Shown here in pieces: positions 1-12,863 of a DNA stretch of 64,000 nucleotides. The stretch is from Vicugna vicugna (taxonomy: Eukaryota), in the NCBI GenBank assembly GCA_013265495.1, contig MU061668.1:337208-401207 (forward strand), read 5' to 3'. Under the pieces are notes generated by a model, which was not told the origin of the DNA, did not search any database, and worked only from the letters and a program-made list of their open reading frames with translations. Position numbers and translations under genes: made by a program. The stretch's first letter is position 1. Each line of letters starts with the position of its first letter.

Positions 1-190
1 CCAGGGGCTGGGGGGCGGGGGGGCTAGAGTTTAACGGGGACAGAGGCTCCGTTTGGGAAGGAAAGGTGCTGGGGATGGATGGGGGGGATGGCTGCACAAC
101 AGTGTGGTGTGCCTAGTACCCTGACCTGCACACTTAAAATGAGTAAAATGGTAAATTTACATCACATATGTTTACCACAATTTTTAAAAA
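1..190 (+). mobile_element. L1 (L1MA/MB-like) 3' end
   Basis: ...gatggctgcacaacagtgtg...ctgcacacttaaaatg...aaaatggtaaattt...ttaccacaatttttaaaaa, typical L1M 3'UTR terminus. Confidence 0.8.
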
Positions 191-1799
191 TAAGACAAGC
201 CACCCTCCTTTGTGCTTGCACACATAGTAGGTGCTGGACTGACACGTGTTCCTGCCAGCCTCCCCCTCGCCCTGCGGCAGAGAAACAGAAGATCAGAGCA
301 GGGGCCCAGAGCCCACGAGCCAGTGACCCTGGCCGAGCTCCCAGCCTCAGAGCCGCGTAGGGACGAGGAGGCCCTTCAGCCCAGCCCTTCTCTGCATCTG
401 GCCCCTGAGCTGCTGGCTGGGGAGGCCAGCATGCAAGAGGTGGGCACGACAAGGGCTTTGAACAGCATCCCTGAGATCAGACGATTTGTAGGAGTTAATA
501 TAAATAGATCAGAGCTCCTGTCCTCGCCTGCTGAGCCGGCAGTGGGGAGGACGAGGGGGGCCCCGCAAACTCACCTTCCGTGGAGTGACCGCCCTGCAGA
601 CCCGGCAGCAGGGCTGCGCCCTCCTCATCCTCCAGGCCACACGTGCAGGCTCTGTGCCCCACCCCCACCTTGCTGCCTGTCACAGTTTCTCTTTTCAAAC
701 TCAAGTTGGTTTTCAGACCAAAGCAGAATCACGAGCAGGCCCCTCCCCTGGTGCGCTGTGTGGGGCCTTCAGAACCTGAGGGGCTGGGAGGCACCTCTGG
801 GTAGGGACACACCTGGGTGGGGACACGGGGGCGCCCAGGGGAAGGGGCAGGGCTGGAAGCAACTGTAAGAACACTCCCCCTTGTCTCGGAGCCAGCCTGG
901 GGCTCAGACCTGCTTCCACCCGATTCCCATGATGAATCTCATTAGCCTCAAAATCAACCTACAGACACAGCTCCTTCAAAACACCTGGCAGAGGCTCCTT
1001 CAAAATTAACGGGTGCCCAGCACTGGCTCCTCCCCTGCCCCCCTTCCTCCTTCCCTCCCCCCTCACCTCCCTCCCATCAGGCTGGCATTCAGGAGGCTCG
1101 GCAAGTGCTAGGTGGATGAATGAATCAATGAGTGAGTCTACATTAACGCCGCACAGGGGAGAAGCAAGGAAGAGACAGCGAGGGTCAAACACAGCTGCCA
1201 ACCACCTCTCAGTCTCTCTCTGTCTGTCTCTTCTCCCTGCAGGGCCTTCCCTGGCCATGTCTGTCTCTGTCTCTCCCAGCTGAGAGCAGAAGGGCCAGTG
1301 GGCTGGGAGCTGCCCTTTCTCCCTGGGAAAGGGGTGGGGACACCAACTCCAGACCCTGAGGAGTGACCAAGGCCCAGAAGGAGTGGCCAGGTGTCCCCCT
1401 TCCCACTGCCCAAAAGGCTAGCATCTTGTCTCTCTTCCTGGCCTGAGCAGAGGCGGCCTGGCCAGCCCATAGATTCTTCCCCTAAGAGGACCCTGCTGGC
1501 CCCCATTACAGCCCACATGGTGCCCTGTCACAAGACACCCACCATCCCCTGAGGGTCAGGGTTCAGAGGGCTTGGCTGACTGTCCACCTCTGTATCTCAC
1601 ACTGTGTTAAGTCATTAGCCCTCATCCGCTGAGTGATTAAATTCAGCAACTATGTCAACATTAGGGGCCTGGGGGGACCCACCCCCACCCACACTGGCTA
1701 AAACACTGAGGTCTCGGGCCCCCAAACATGTGCTCAAACATCTTCAAATCATAGCCCTGTTATAACCTTAGGATTGACTAAGAGGGTCGAAAGTAAATA

Positions 1800-2003
1800 C
1801 AGTTGACCCCTGAGCAACACGAATTAGAACTGCACAGGTCCGCTTAGCGGCAGGTTGTTCCCAATAGTACACACTACACTACTACATGACCCAGGTTGGC
1901 TGAACCCATGAATGCAGAGCCACAGTCACAGAGGGCTGACTGTAACGCAAATGGAGATTTTCGACTGTGCAGAGGGTCGGTGCCCCTAACTCCCATGTGT
2001 TCA
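1800..2003 (+). mobile_element. Tigger2a-like TcMar DNA transposon remnant
   Basis: TA followed by cagttgacccctgagcaacacg...gaactgc; 3' part gggtcggtgcccctaac; right TIR eroded. Confidence 0.7.
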
Positions 2004-2014
2004 TTAACAAGGAC

Positions 2015-2475
2015 TTAAAACACTCAGTTTTATTCTCTCATGTAAGAGTCTGGAGGTGGGTAGTCCAGGCTGTATGAGGCAGTTCCCCCCGGGTTATCAG
2101 GGGCCCAGGCTCCTTCCACCTCACTGCCCTCCCATCCCTATGGTGCAGCCATTGTCCTCACAACCCAAAATGGCTGCCTGAGCCCCAGCCATCACATTCT
2201 CATTTCAGCCAACAGGAAGGAGGAGCAACAGGCAAAGGAACAACCCCTTCCTTTTAAAGACACTTCCCGGAAGCTGCATGCCACACTTCTGCCTCTTATT
2301 GGCCAGGGCAGGCATGCGGCCATAGCCAACCACCAGGGAGGCTGAGAAAGGCAGTCTTTATCCTTGTTGGCATCATGGCCATATTAGAACATAACAACAC
2401 ATGAGAGAACAAAAGTTTTAATGTTAAAGGAAAGGGGGGAAGCAGCTATTGGGGGGCAGCTACCTGTGTCACACA
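2015..2475. mobile_element. MLT1 (ERVL-MaLR) solo LTR
   Basis: Motifs caaaatggctgcc, gccatcacattc, cttccttttaaagacacttcccggaagctg, gggaggctgagaaaggcagtcttt resemble MLT1J/K/L. Confidence 0.65.
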
Positions 2476-5400
2476 TCCTCCCCGTTGAGGCCAGGGGCCA
2501 CCCCCTCCAATACCCTTTTACTATCTTCGCTACAACTTCCCAAGTAGTACTGACGCGTGCAGGGCGAGCACTCCTTGGCGATGCTGTGCTGACCCTGTGC
2601 CCCACAGGGAGGACTCTGGCTCCGCTCTCCTGCCCATTCTCCAGGTGAGGAAACCGCCCAGCCTGCGAGGACAGGGCCAGGGCCCAAACCCAGGCCCACA
2701 TGCTCCTGCCTCAGTAATTTTTATGGACCAAATTGTGCATGGCAAGTTGGGGCATGAGAGGCCCCATGGCCCTCGACCTCCCCATGGGATGGGGCAGCCC
2801 GAGACAGCTGCCTTGGAGGCGTCTCAGCTGTGGAAAGTACCCCAGGGCGTGGCATAGGTTGAGCCCACCGAAAGGCAGAAAGCCAACCTCCGCCTACGGG
2901 GCAGCCGGGCCAGGCTGAGCCCACGGGTCCCGGAGGCCCAGACCCCCTAGCTGGGGTCCTTCTCATTGAACCAGGGGCTCAGGGCGGCCTGGCCCATGCA
3001 CAGAGGGGCAGCCACCAGCACACATGTGGGGAGGGAGCAGTCCGCTTCAATCAAATTAAAGCAAAGACAGCCATTCAGGGAGAAAAACTGTGAGCTTCTG
3101 CTGAAGCTGTCACCTTGAGAAAAAAATCAAAAGCCAGCCCCTCCTAGAGGGACACAGACAGAACCCAGGACGTGGAGCCCCGAGGGCAGTGAAAGGGGGG
3201 GTGTGCCCACCTGGGGTTCCCCGTCTCCTGGCACCCGCCTTCGTCCCCGGCCCAGGGAGGCTCCTCGCCGCCCCCTGCACAGGGGAGAGGCCAGGGCACC
3301 TGCCTCTCCACCAGCCCGGGCACCTCCCTGCAACCCCAACAGCCTACCCTGCGCACGTCCGCACAGAACGCAGCCCGGCCCGTACACGCTGGCTGGATTG
3401 GGTGTGAAGGGGCGGTTTAGGGGAGAAACCAGAGACACCACCTTCTACACCAAGAACAGTCCCTGCAGAGGAGGTGGGCTGATGTGCGGACAAGACAAAG
3501 CTGCCTTTGCCATCCCTCTGGGCCCCTCCCACGGGTGGCGGGCGGGACTTCTGGCATCTAGTGAATGAAAACTGGGGAAGATGGTGAAGAATCAGCACCT
3601 CTCCTTGCCGCCCTCACCCTCGGGGCCCAAAGGCAGCTTGTTTCCTAAACAAGACGGCAGTCCCGCTCGGCCACTGCCTCCAGGTCCACCCTCGTCCTCT
3701 CCTCCTGGCCAGGGTTTTCAGGTTTCTGGGGGACGAAGGACGAGTCCCCTCCGTGGGGAAGGGGCCTTTGCATGCCTCACCCAGACACTGCCAGCAGGAC
3801 CCCTTTCCCAGAGGCCAGAGAAACAGCTCCCACCACAGCTTTGGGGTCACAAGGCCAGGTCACACCTGGCCCTGCCGCTCACGAGCCGTGCAACCCCAAG
3901 CAAGATGCTTCACCCCTCTGAGTGCCCCTTTCCTCCTCTGCACAGCGGGGCCACGCAGGTTACAGGAGGGATTGGCTGGCACCCGGCAGGTGCTCAACAC
4001 ACACCCATTCGGCCCATGTCACTGAAGTAGCTGCCTCCAGGGGAAAAGCAGTGACAGACCGGCCGCGGTCCAGGACGCCGGCCACTAGGCTCCCGATGAG
4101 TCTCCCCTGCCGGGAGAGCCCGCGGGCACACACCCGCACAATCCCCCGAGTCTGTGGGCGCACACCCGCACAATCCTCCTGTCCCTGCAGACTCGCTAAT
4201 CACGTGCAGGCACAACTGCACTAATGTCACGCATGTCACAGAAGAATCCAAAAAAAAACCCACTGAAGGATGAAATTAAATGAGCAACAGGAACAGAAGT
4301 TCCCACGTTTTCCCCTGTACCTCAGGCGGGGGTATCGTTCGCCCCCGGGGGCGTGCACACTCCAGGCCGCACACCCTGGGCTTGTCCACGTGACAGGCGG
4401 GGACCTCCTGAAGACACCTCCTTATAAACAGAGCAGTTTGCTGGAGAGCACCCTTCCGAAGGGAGGCGGGGTCTGTGCCCCCGCCCCGCGGAGGCGGGGG
4501 GCAGGCACGCGGGCAGGGCGTCGTCACCGGGAGTCAGGCGGGCGGCCCCGGGGGGCCCAGGGCCGCAGCACAGACATTAGGGCTGGAGCCACTGTAACGT
4601 GTACCGAAGTCATGGAAAGGCCCGCGGGGAGGGCCGGTCCTTACAGGACATGCGGGCTTTCCAGAGGCCGGAACGGAGGAGGCGGCGGGGCGCTCGAGGC
4701 AGAGGGAAGAGCCCGCGCAAAGGCGCGGGGCGCGAAGACCGCATGCGTCGGCGGCGTCAGGGCGTCGGCGGCGTCGGCGGCGGCGGCGTGAACATCCCCA
4801 CCCCCCAAGGCAGGTTTCTGAGCAAGACTGTCTCCAGGGAAATGCCCCTCTGTGCCAAGAGGACCCAGGAGAAGGGGGGAACGGAGAGAGAGGAGGAAGA
4901 GGGCGCACCCCTTGCTCACCAGGTGGGGGGGTGCTCGGAGCACCCCCCTCGGCAGCCACCACCCATGTGACGGCTCTGCCCCCGCAGGCAGGAGCCAAGC
5001 GGAGGGACCCCCCCAGCCCCGCAGGATGGCTGCCCCCCAGGTAGGAGGGACGCCGCTCAGAACGCCCCCGATGCTGGGAGGGCAGGAAGGAGGACGTGGC
5101 GCTCTGAATCCCTGCACTTACCAGAAAGGCACCAGCGGTGATTTCCTCCAGACCCTCTTTCTCCTTCCCGGGTGTTTTGGTGGCTTCGCCATATGGCAGG
5201 AGTTAAAAATACAGCTCAGAGTGAGGGGGGTGCAGACAGGAGTGGGCAGGCGTTCCCTGAGTAACCGGGCGGGGGTCTGGCCTGCTCCCTGGTCAGGTGG
5301 GAGGCTGGGAAGCTTTTTCAGCCCCGGTGTCGGCTCCCGATGGACTGAGGAAGGAGAATGCCCTTCAGATGCACGGCCCCCATGGAGAGTGACCCCACCA

Positions 5401-6389
5401 GGGCAGGACAGGCTGCCAACTCCATGCAGGGAGAGGCAGACATTGGGCCCCCCTGTGGGCCAGCCAGGAGCGACCCTTTCAGTGGCCTTAGGTGGGGACG
5501 CAGGGGCCTGAGTGCATGGAAGGTGGGGGGTTGACAGTGGCTACAAATCTTTGCTCCTCCTTCCACTGGGGAGCCCGATCCCCTCCCCTCGAACCTGGCC
5601 TCGGTGTCTGCATGACCAGCAGGACATGGCAGAAGTGTCCCAAGGTCGAGCCAGAAGAAGCTTCAAATCTCCCACCACGTCTTGGAACGCTGGCTCTGGG
5701 ATCCCGGGGCCACCCGGTAAAAAGGCCCACCCCCTCTGAGGTCCCCCTGCTGGAGAAGCCACGTGCACACACTCCAGTCCACAGTGCCAGCCTTCCAGAC
5801 ATGTCCACAAGCGCCCAAATACGTGAGTCAAGTTGCTTTGGACCCTCCAGACTCCGTCCACTTTGTGAACACCACGGAGTAACTTCCATCGACAACACAG
5901 GGAACAGAAGACCCAACCAGCTGAGCCCTGTCAACCCTTGCCCTGCAGAATCTGAGATACAATAATGGGGAGCTTGCCTTAAGCCTCTAGGTTTTAATCG
6001 GTTACATAGTCACAGATACCTAGAACATTTAGTCATTCATCCCCTCCCTCATTCATTCAGCACACACTCACTAAAACCTCCCCTGAGGCAGGGCCTCTCA
6101 TAAAAACAGCAGAGACAAATAATTCACTGTCCTTGTCCCCAAGGGAGCTTCTGGGCTGGGCCCTCGGAGCCCACCACGTCTGCTGGGGTCCACACTCGTG
6201 GGCCCGTCCCCCGGTTCAGCAGCTTTCTCCTGTGGGGCCTGTCACTTCTGGGCTCACTGTCCAGTTCCCACCCCTGCCGTCACTCTCTCAGGGCAAGGAG
6301 AGAGACGCTCGAACAAGTTCTACTTCACTCTAAAAGGTCCTCTGTGTACTAAGAGAAACAGGAGAATGAAGGCGGTGCCCCAGAAAAAT

Positions 6390-7140
6390 ACCTACTTGAC
6401 ATAAAAGAAGGTAGTAAGGGAGGAATGGAGGAAGAAAAAAGATCTAAGACAAATAGAAAATAACAGAATCACACACGTAAATCCCACCAGAACGATAATT
6501 ATACTAAATGTAAGTAGATTAAACACACCAACCGAAAGCCAGAGACTGGCAAAATGGGCTTTAAAAAATCCACATAATCCAACCACATGCTGTCTGCAAG
6601 ACACTCACTTTAGATTCAAACACACAAATAGGTTGAAAATAAAAAGATGGAAAAAGGTATTTCACACCATCAGGAAGTGACAGGGAGCCAGAGGAGCTAG
6701 GCTACAATCAGACAAAGTAGACCTTACGACAGAAAGTTACCAGAAACAAGAAAGGATATTTTACGATGAAAAAAGGGTCAATCCATCAAGAAGACACGAT
6801 TATAAACATGTATGCACCAAACAACAGAAAGCCCAAAACACACAAAGCGAACCTGACAGAAATAAATGGAGAAACAGACAATTCAACAACAGTTGGAGAC
6901 ATCAAACCCCACTTTCCACGATGAGAGGACAAGCAGGCAGGTCAGCAGGAGACACAAGACGCGAGCAACACTGTGAGCCAACCAGACCGAACAGACACGC
7001 GAGGACCCTCCACCCGACAACCACAGGAGGCGCACAACACTCTCCAGGACAGGTCGTGGGTCAGACCTTAAAACGAGGCTCAGTATGTTAAAAAGGACAT
7101 GACACAGGGTGCATTCCCTGTAAACAATGGACTGCAAGGT
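6390..7140 (+). mobile_element. L1 ORF2 endonuclease-region remnant (degenerate)
   Basis: tactaaatgtaa...tgctgtctgcaagacactcactttagattcaaa...tcagacaaagtagac...aagggtcaatccatcaagaagac...tatgcaccaaacaacaga match the L1 EN coding region; no intact ORF. Confidence 0.85.
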
Positions 7141-7199
7141 AAAGGGTCCTCTAAAGTGTCTAGGTGACAGCTCTGGGGGGGACTGCCGAGCTCCGCCTC

Positions 7200-7400
7200 A
7201 TTCTCGCCACGGTGTTCCCCAGCTCCTTACCTCTTCGTGCCTCTGTTTCCCATCTGGGCAACCAGGAGAGTGATGGTACCAACCCCACAGAGCTGTAGCA
7301 AGTGTTCGCAGTGAACAAGTCAGCCACAGGTACTGTTGCTCATCACGACAAGGGAGGTAATAACAACCCCTCACGCCCCATCTCTGGGTGAGGAAACATT
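7200..7400. mobile_element. MIR fragments
   Basis: gtgcctctgtttcccatctg...; ccccatctctgggtgaggaaac. Confidence 0.5.
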
Positions 7401-7806
7401 CATTCACACGACAGCAAAGACCTTCAGAACGCCTCCCCTCCCAGTATCCAGCCTGGTCCTCGCTGCAGCCCCGCAGGGCCTTCTGTCCGACAGGGAGAGA
7501 GGGCAGTGGGGAGGCCCTGGCACAGAGGTGTCTCTCGGGCCCTTAGCCCACGGCCCGGCGCACAGCAGCCTGTGGGTGGGGACAGAGCGGGCTGGGCAGC
7601 GACCGCAGACGCCCCTTTCAGGCAGAGTGCTTTCACACACGGGGAGCTGCGTGTGTAACTGAGGCCTGCTGTCCGTGGAGGGGCAGAGCCTCCAAGAGGT
7701 CTTGGCAGAGCTGTGAGCAGGCGGTGGGCTGCAGGGGGCGAGGGGAAGGACATTGCAGAGGCTTCTGCTTCGTTGCGGGGAGCCATCCTTCTCAGGGTTT
7801 TTAAGC

Positions 7807-7925
7807 TTTTTTGGGGGGAGAATAACTAGGTTTATTCGTTTCTTTATTTTTTAGTGGAGGTGCCGGGGATTGAACTGAGGACCTCACACATGCTAGGCAC
7901 GCACTCTGCCCCCAAGCCACACCCC
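7807..7925 (-). mobile_element. tRNA-derived SINE, Vic-1-like (camelid)
   Basis: Reverse complement: ggggtgtggcttgggggcagagtgcgtgcctagcatgtgtgaggtcctcagttcaatccccggcacctccactaaaaaataaa...aaacctagttattctcccccc; B-box GTTCAATCC and the characteristic tail. Confidence 0.8.
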
Positions 7926-8584
7926 ATGCCAGCCTTCTGTTTTAAAGCATTAAGTCCCCACAACCGAGGAAGAGGCTGTATCTGAGGACTAAAGGGCTGG
8001 ATTCAAGGTCCGCTACAGTGGGCGTGCAGAAGGCGGGCAGACAACAGAGAGGAACGCCAAGCCCTGGTCCTCTGCCTCTGTGTCCCACGACTGCTCTCTG
8101 ACACCACATCTCTTCTCGACAGAGAAGGCAGGGATGGTGACCAACGCCGGCCGGAGTGAGGGGTGCCCCGCGCTCACACACACGAAGGGTGTATCCCTGC
8201 AGCCCCTCTGTGGGGGCGGTGGCGCTTTACAACCCCACTTCACGGGTGTTCGGGAGGGAAATGGGCCAATTCAAAGTGGGCCACCCGGCCGGCTGGTGCC
8301 TGACAGCCTGGGAGTCACCTCCTGCCTATGAGGGCCACCACCACCATTTCTCCAAAAAGGGACTCAAGTTCCTGGTGGTAAAATAATTTCCCCAAGGTGG
8401 CCACAGCGAGAGACAGGCCAAACCCGGCATTCGAAGGGAAAAGCTAGGGCTGTCCTGGGTGGGCATCAGTCAGTTCCTGTTCCTGAAGCCAAGAGCCTAG
8501 GTGAGCTGACCAGGGCACCATCCCCCCAAGCACGACATCACGCAGCGAACTGTGTGGAGCGGAGCGCAGAGCGGCGGCAGGCAA

Positions 8585-8720
8585 ACTGCACGGGTGCTGG
8601 AGGCAGGCAGACTTGGGTGCGAATCCCGCCTCTGCCACCGGGTGACCGCGAGCAACTGCTTAACCTCCCTGAGCCTCAGTGTTCATGTCTGCAAAATGAG
8701 CAGAGAGCAGCTCACAAGGG
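8585..8720 (+). mobile_element. MIR
   Basis: aatcccgcctctgccac...cttaacctccctgagcctcagtgttcatgtctgcaaaatg (MIR core). Confidence 0.75.
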
Positions 8721-11624
8721 GCACAGGGCTGGCGCATCAACGGAGATTCAGGAGAAGGTGGTCGGCCCGTGGCACCAGGACTGGCTTGATTATGACTGTA
8801 GCTTGATCGTCATGAAAGATTCTAAGTCCAGGTGCCCAAAACACAGGATTCTGTCCTGATCCTTTGTGAATCTTGCCTCCTCCAGGAAGCCAAGCCAAGC
8901 ATTTAACATCAAGGCTCAGACAAAGCACAGCTTGGTTGGAGTGAGCCCGTCTACCCGGCTCCCACCACAAGAGGCTCAAGTCTGGGTTCTGAGCAAGCGC
9001 CCCAGGCTGTCGGTGCCTGTCTGGGCCTCCCTGGCCCACCGTCCCCACTCACAGGCCTGGCACGACCCCAACAGCACCTCCCAGCCCCACACACGCCTGC
9101 CTTCCCGCCTCGGGGCCTCCACCTGTGCTGTTTCACCTGCCTGACACCATCCTCTTATCTCTTGCTCTTCAAGCCCCAGCTCGATGTCACCTCCACCAGG
9201 AAGCCTCTGTGAACACCTGAGGGTGGCCATCTACTTTCTGCCCTGGGACTGCACGCCACTACCCGGCCCAGTGTCCCTGGCACCTTCCCTTTCCAGGTCG
9301 CCATCACAAGTCACGTGCTTCCGAGTCGAGGCGGCGGGGGAGCTGCAGTTCAAGGACCAGAAGCCGGCGAGGTGACTCCCCAGGAACAGTCAGTGCACAA
9401 AAGGAGACAGCGAGCACGCGGTGCCAGCCCGGCTCCCGGGTCATGCTCGGCGCTGCTGCGTAGTGTGAGCTCCTGCCTCGATGTGGTTCCAACACCCTCA
9501 CGGATGGACAGGCGTGTAATAAACACTGCAAAACCTTCGGTGTAGAACCTGGGGGTTGTTCTGCCTGGCACAGTTCTTTCGACTTTTCCACCCGTTTGAA
9601 AATGTTCAGAATAAAATGCTGGGGAAAGCACTCCTCCAGGACACCCTCCCCCAAGCCACCAGTCACAGCCCCCTGCAGGGCCAGGACGGCACAGCCCCAC
9701 GTCTGACCTCCGGGAACAGGGCAGCCTTCCCATCTCACACAGGGGACGTGCCCCAGGGACTTGTCCTCCTGGGAGGTGGCCAAGGCTGATGGGATCCTGC
9801 GTGAGGCCGCCCAGAGGGTCCCCGCAGGCCGCCAGGGAAGCTGGGGTGTGGGGAGGCATTTGGAAAACTCAAGGCTGCAGCTCTTCACTGAATAAAAGAC
9901 AAGCATTTAGCATGTGTAATAACCAGTCTGGCATATCCCACCGACGTGTCACCCCTAGGGAGCAGCAGGATTCACACTCCAAAGGCCTCGCTGCCTTGCC
10001 TGCACGGGGTCGGGGGTGGCAGATTCGAGGCCTGCTGAATTTCTAGGCCAAGAGTGTGGCCCCAGACCGCCTTGTGGCCCCATCTGTAGCTCCTGCTCCG
10101 TTTCAGTTAGGTCAGTCCACGTCCCCCCTCCCAGTTCTGCCCAATGTCCGGCTGGTTGGTTTGTTTTTTTCCACTGCTCTGTGACACTTACACTGACAAG
10201 CTCAGAACGGTGCCCTCCCCAAGTGAGGCAAAACATGGCTCTTTCTTACGAAACAGAAAGCAAAGAACAAAAAAACGAGATCAGCTGTCAAAACCATGTC
10301 AGAGACGAAATCACTGACAAACAGCACCCCTGACAGTAAACGCAGACGCCCCCAAACTCCCAAGTCCTGGGCTGTCCATCGAGTCCAAGCGCTCCCGGGC
10401 ACTGCCCGGGGGTCCCCGCAGGCTCGGAGGCCTGAACCCGGGGAGCGGAGGCGAACCCCAGAGCTGATCACGACTTCACCTCACCCACCACGCTGCCCCC
10501 CGTTTCTCTCCACCTGAGCAAGATAAAGATGCATTTCGAGATTTATTCTCCGGGTTGTAAAAGAAGAATTCGTGCAGCTTGTCAGACGGCTGGGAGACAG
10601 CTTCAGAGGAACAGCCCTCATCTTTCTGCCAACTCCCCCATCTGCTGGAAAAAACGACTGCTCACCCTGCTCCCTCGGAGCTGAGCACATTGTGTCCGAG
10701 CAGGCCAACCCCCGCAAGCAGGCTGCGGCCCGTCCCTGGCGGGGGGCGTCCTCCCTAGCACTGGACACTGGCTCTGTCTTGGCTGCAAGAACAGAGCATC
10801 ACTGAATGAGAATGTGAACACAGGCTCTCCCTCGGCCCCTACCCCGCCTCCCAGATCCGAAAAGCCCCCTCAGCCTCTCTCGGCCTCTGCTCCACGGGGA
10901 AGAGGAGAGGGGACAGAAATGTCCAGGACCTCAGACTGAGGACCAGGGTCTGGGGCATCGCGGCTGCCCCGAAGAACGGCGTGCTTCCCGAGGCTCCAGG
11001 CTAGGACCCGCTGGCGCACAGCTGCTCGCGTCACTGATTCTGGCCGCCCCCTCATCACTGGCCACCCTTGAGCTTCCCTCCGAACTGATGCGCCCCCATC
11101 ACGGTTAATGTCACCACAGACTGGAGGAGCGCTTGTTTGGAAAGTCAACAGAGACTGTATGCCACTGGAAACCTCCCCCAGAGTGAGTCACCAGCTCCGA
11201 GCTTCAGAAGAACGTCCTCCCTGAGTGATGTTACAGCACTTGAGGGCTGGGGGCGCCGAGAGCGTGCGGGAGGCGGCTCCACAGGACCCGGTCTGCAGCT
11301 CTGCCGGCCGCGCGGACTTCTGCCGGAAAACTCTGGAGAAGCAGAGGCTGCCAGGGAGCCTCTCGTTCCATCCCAGCCCCTCCACACGGCCACCCAGGGC
11401 CCAGTATCGGTGACAAGAGCCACGAGGCAGTACGGGGACCCTGCATGCAGGGTGTCCTCCGCCACTGGAGGCTGGGAGTCACGCAGGATCCGGAGGTTAT
11501 CTGCTTGCTGGGCAGCGGGACGGGCAGGTGGTGGGTGGAGGAGAGGAGGGGCCCTAGGACCAGACGCCGGAGCCCCAGTCCCGCCACCACCACTAGCCAG
11601 GCAGGAGGGCCGAAGCTGGTCACA

Positions 11625-11740
11625 GGCCCTCTCTGAGCTCCAGTTTCCACGTTTGTCAAATGGGAGAGGCAACTGTTCCCGTCTCCCAGGAGCGCTGGGG
11701 CCACGCGCTGAGCTGCATGAAATGCAAAGTCCCGCACAGG
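11625..11740 (+). mobile_element. MIR
   Basis: ctctctgagctccagtttccacgtttgtcaaatggga. Confidence 0.6.
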
Positions 11741-12734
11741 GCCGCGCACCCGGGAGGCCGTCTGCGGGCGGGCCCGGGACGCGCTCGTCCTGCTTCCCGG
11801 GCGCCACTGCGTGCTCCCTGATACCAGAAGCGCCGATAAAGTTCAAGCCGACTTTCTAAGAAAACACGGGGAGCCTAATCAACACCCTTCCCCACACCCT
11901 CATCCACTCAGCAACGTCCCATTACGTGCCTGAACCCCTGGGGGGCGGGGCGGTTCTAGAAAGCTCACTAGGACGTAGCTGCCTGAACAGCCAACGTGAA
12001 TTCGGAGGTCAGAAGAGAGCAGCTAAGTAACGCCATGCACCCAAAGGCATCCTGCCTCTTCCCTGTTATTCCCCTGTGTGCCCCACAGCAGACTCATGGA
12101 GACCTCTTTCAGCGGTGGCCAGAAGAGGACCTTCCGGGAAAGGGTTTAAAGGTCTCAGGGCTTAAAGGTTCCCCAAGTCCAGCAAGCCCTCCCACGGACT
12201 GCCTGGGGGAGGCCGCACAGGGCACCGCCGTCCCAGCGCCAGCCTGGCCAGCAGCATCTGCCTACCCGCCCCCCGGAGGACACTGCACCCGCCGGACACG
12301 CAGGGGCACCCTGCCAGGGGCCGCGGGACCAGGCTCCTGACTCCGGCTGGAGCAGCAGGAGGCCGCTTCGGGAAAAAAGCCCGGCCTGGCCTCGCCCGAC
12401 ATGCTCACTGGACCCTCGCCCACAAGGGCCCCTGCCTGCAGGGGGTGGGCGCACAGCACTGGGAAAAAGCACCCCAGTGCTGGGGCCCTGCACTGCCCGT
12501 CGCCTTGGGAAGCCTGCACACAGACATTCCAGTCTCAACTGCAGGTGGCCAACCCCCACTGCACCCCAACTTCTGGACGGTCCTTCTCCAGGGTGCCACA
12601 CTCCCCACCCCAAGTCCCCTGAGGGAACGCCAGGCCCCCAGAGGTCTCACCTAGGTTGCCAGGAAGTTCACTCACCTCCTACCTGTGCTCGGCTGGTCCG
12701 AGAAATGAGACCTGACTGACAAGGGAGGGAAGTG

Positions 12735-12863
12735 GCATGCATTAAGCACCTACTGTGTACCGGTTTCCTCCTCGCCCATCATCTTCACTTAATCCTCAGA
12801 AAAATCATGGGAGACAGTTATGATCATTCCTGTTTTTGTGCATTAAAACCCCCCGAGGCTAAG
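12735..12863 (-). mobile_element. MIR, truncated at the start of the 112-bp duplicated segment
   Basis: cattaagcacctactgtgt...ttaatcctca...tcattcctgtttt...gaggctaag. Confidence 0.6.

Noticed and set aside
7840-7925. Possible tRNA gene (B box GTTCAATCC on the minus strand)
   Set aside because: Degenerate A box, no cloverleaf acceptor stem, and followed by a SINE tail; called as a SINE instead.
11137-11859. Overlapping long ORFs on both strands (240 aa + and 233 aa -)
   Set aside because: Low-complexity G/P/A/R composition, no recognisable homology, spans a MIR; expected in GC-rich DNA.
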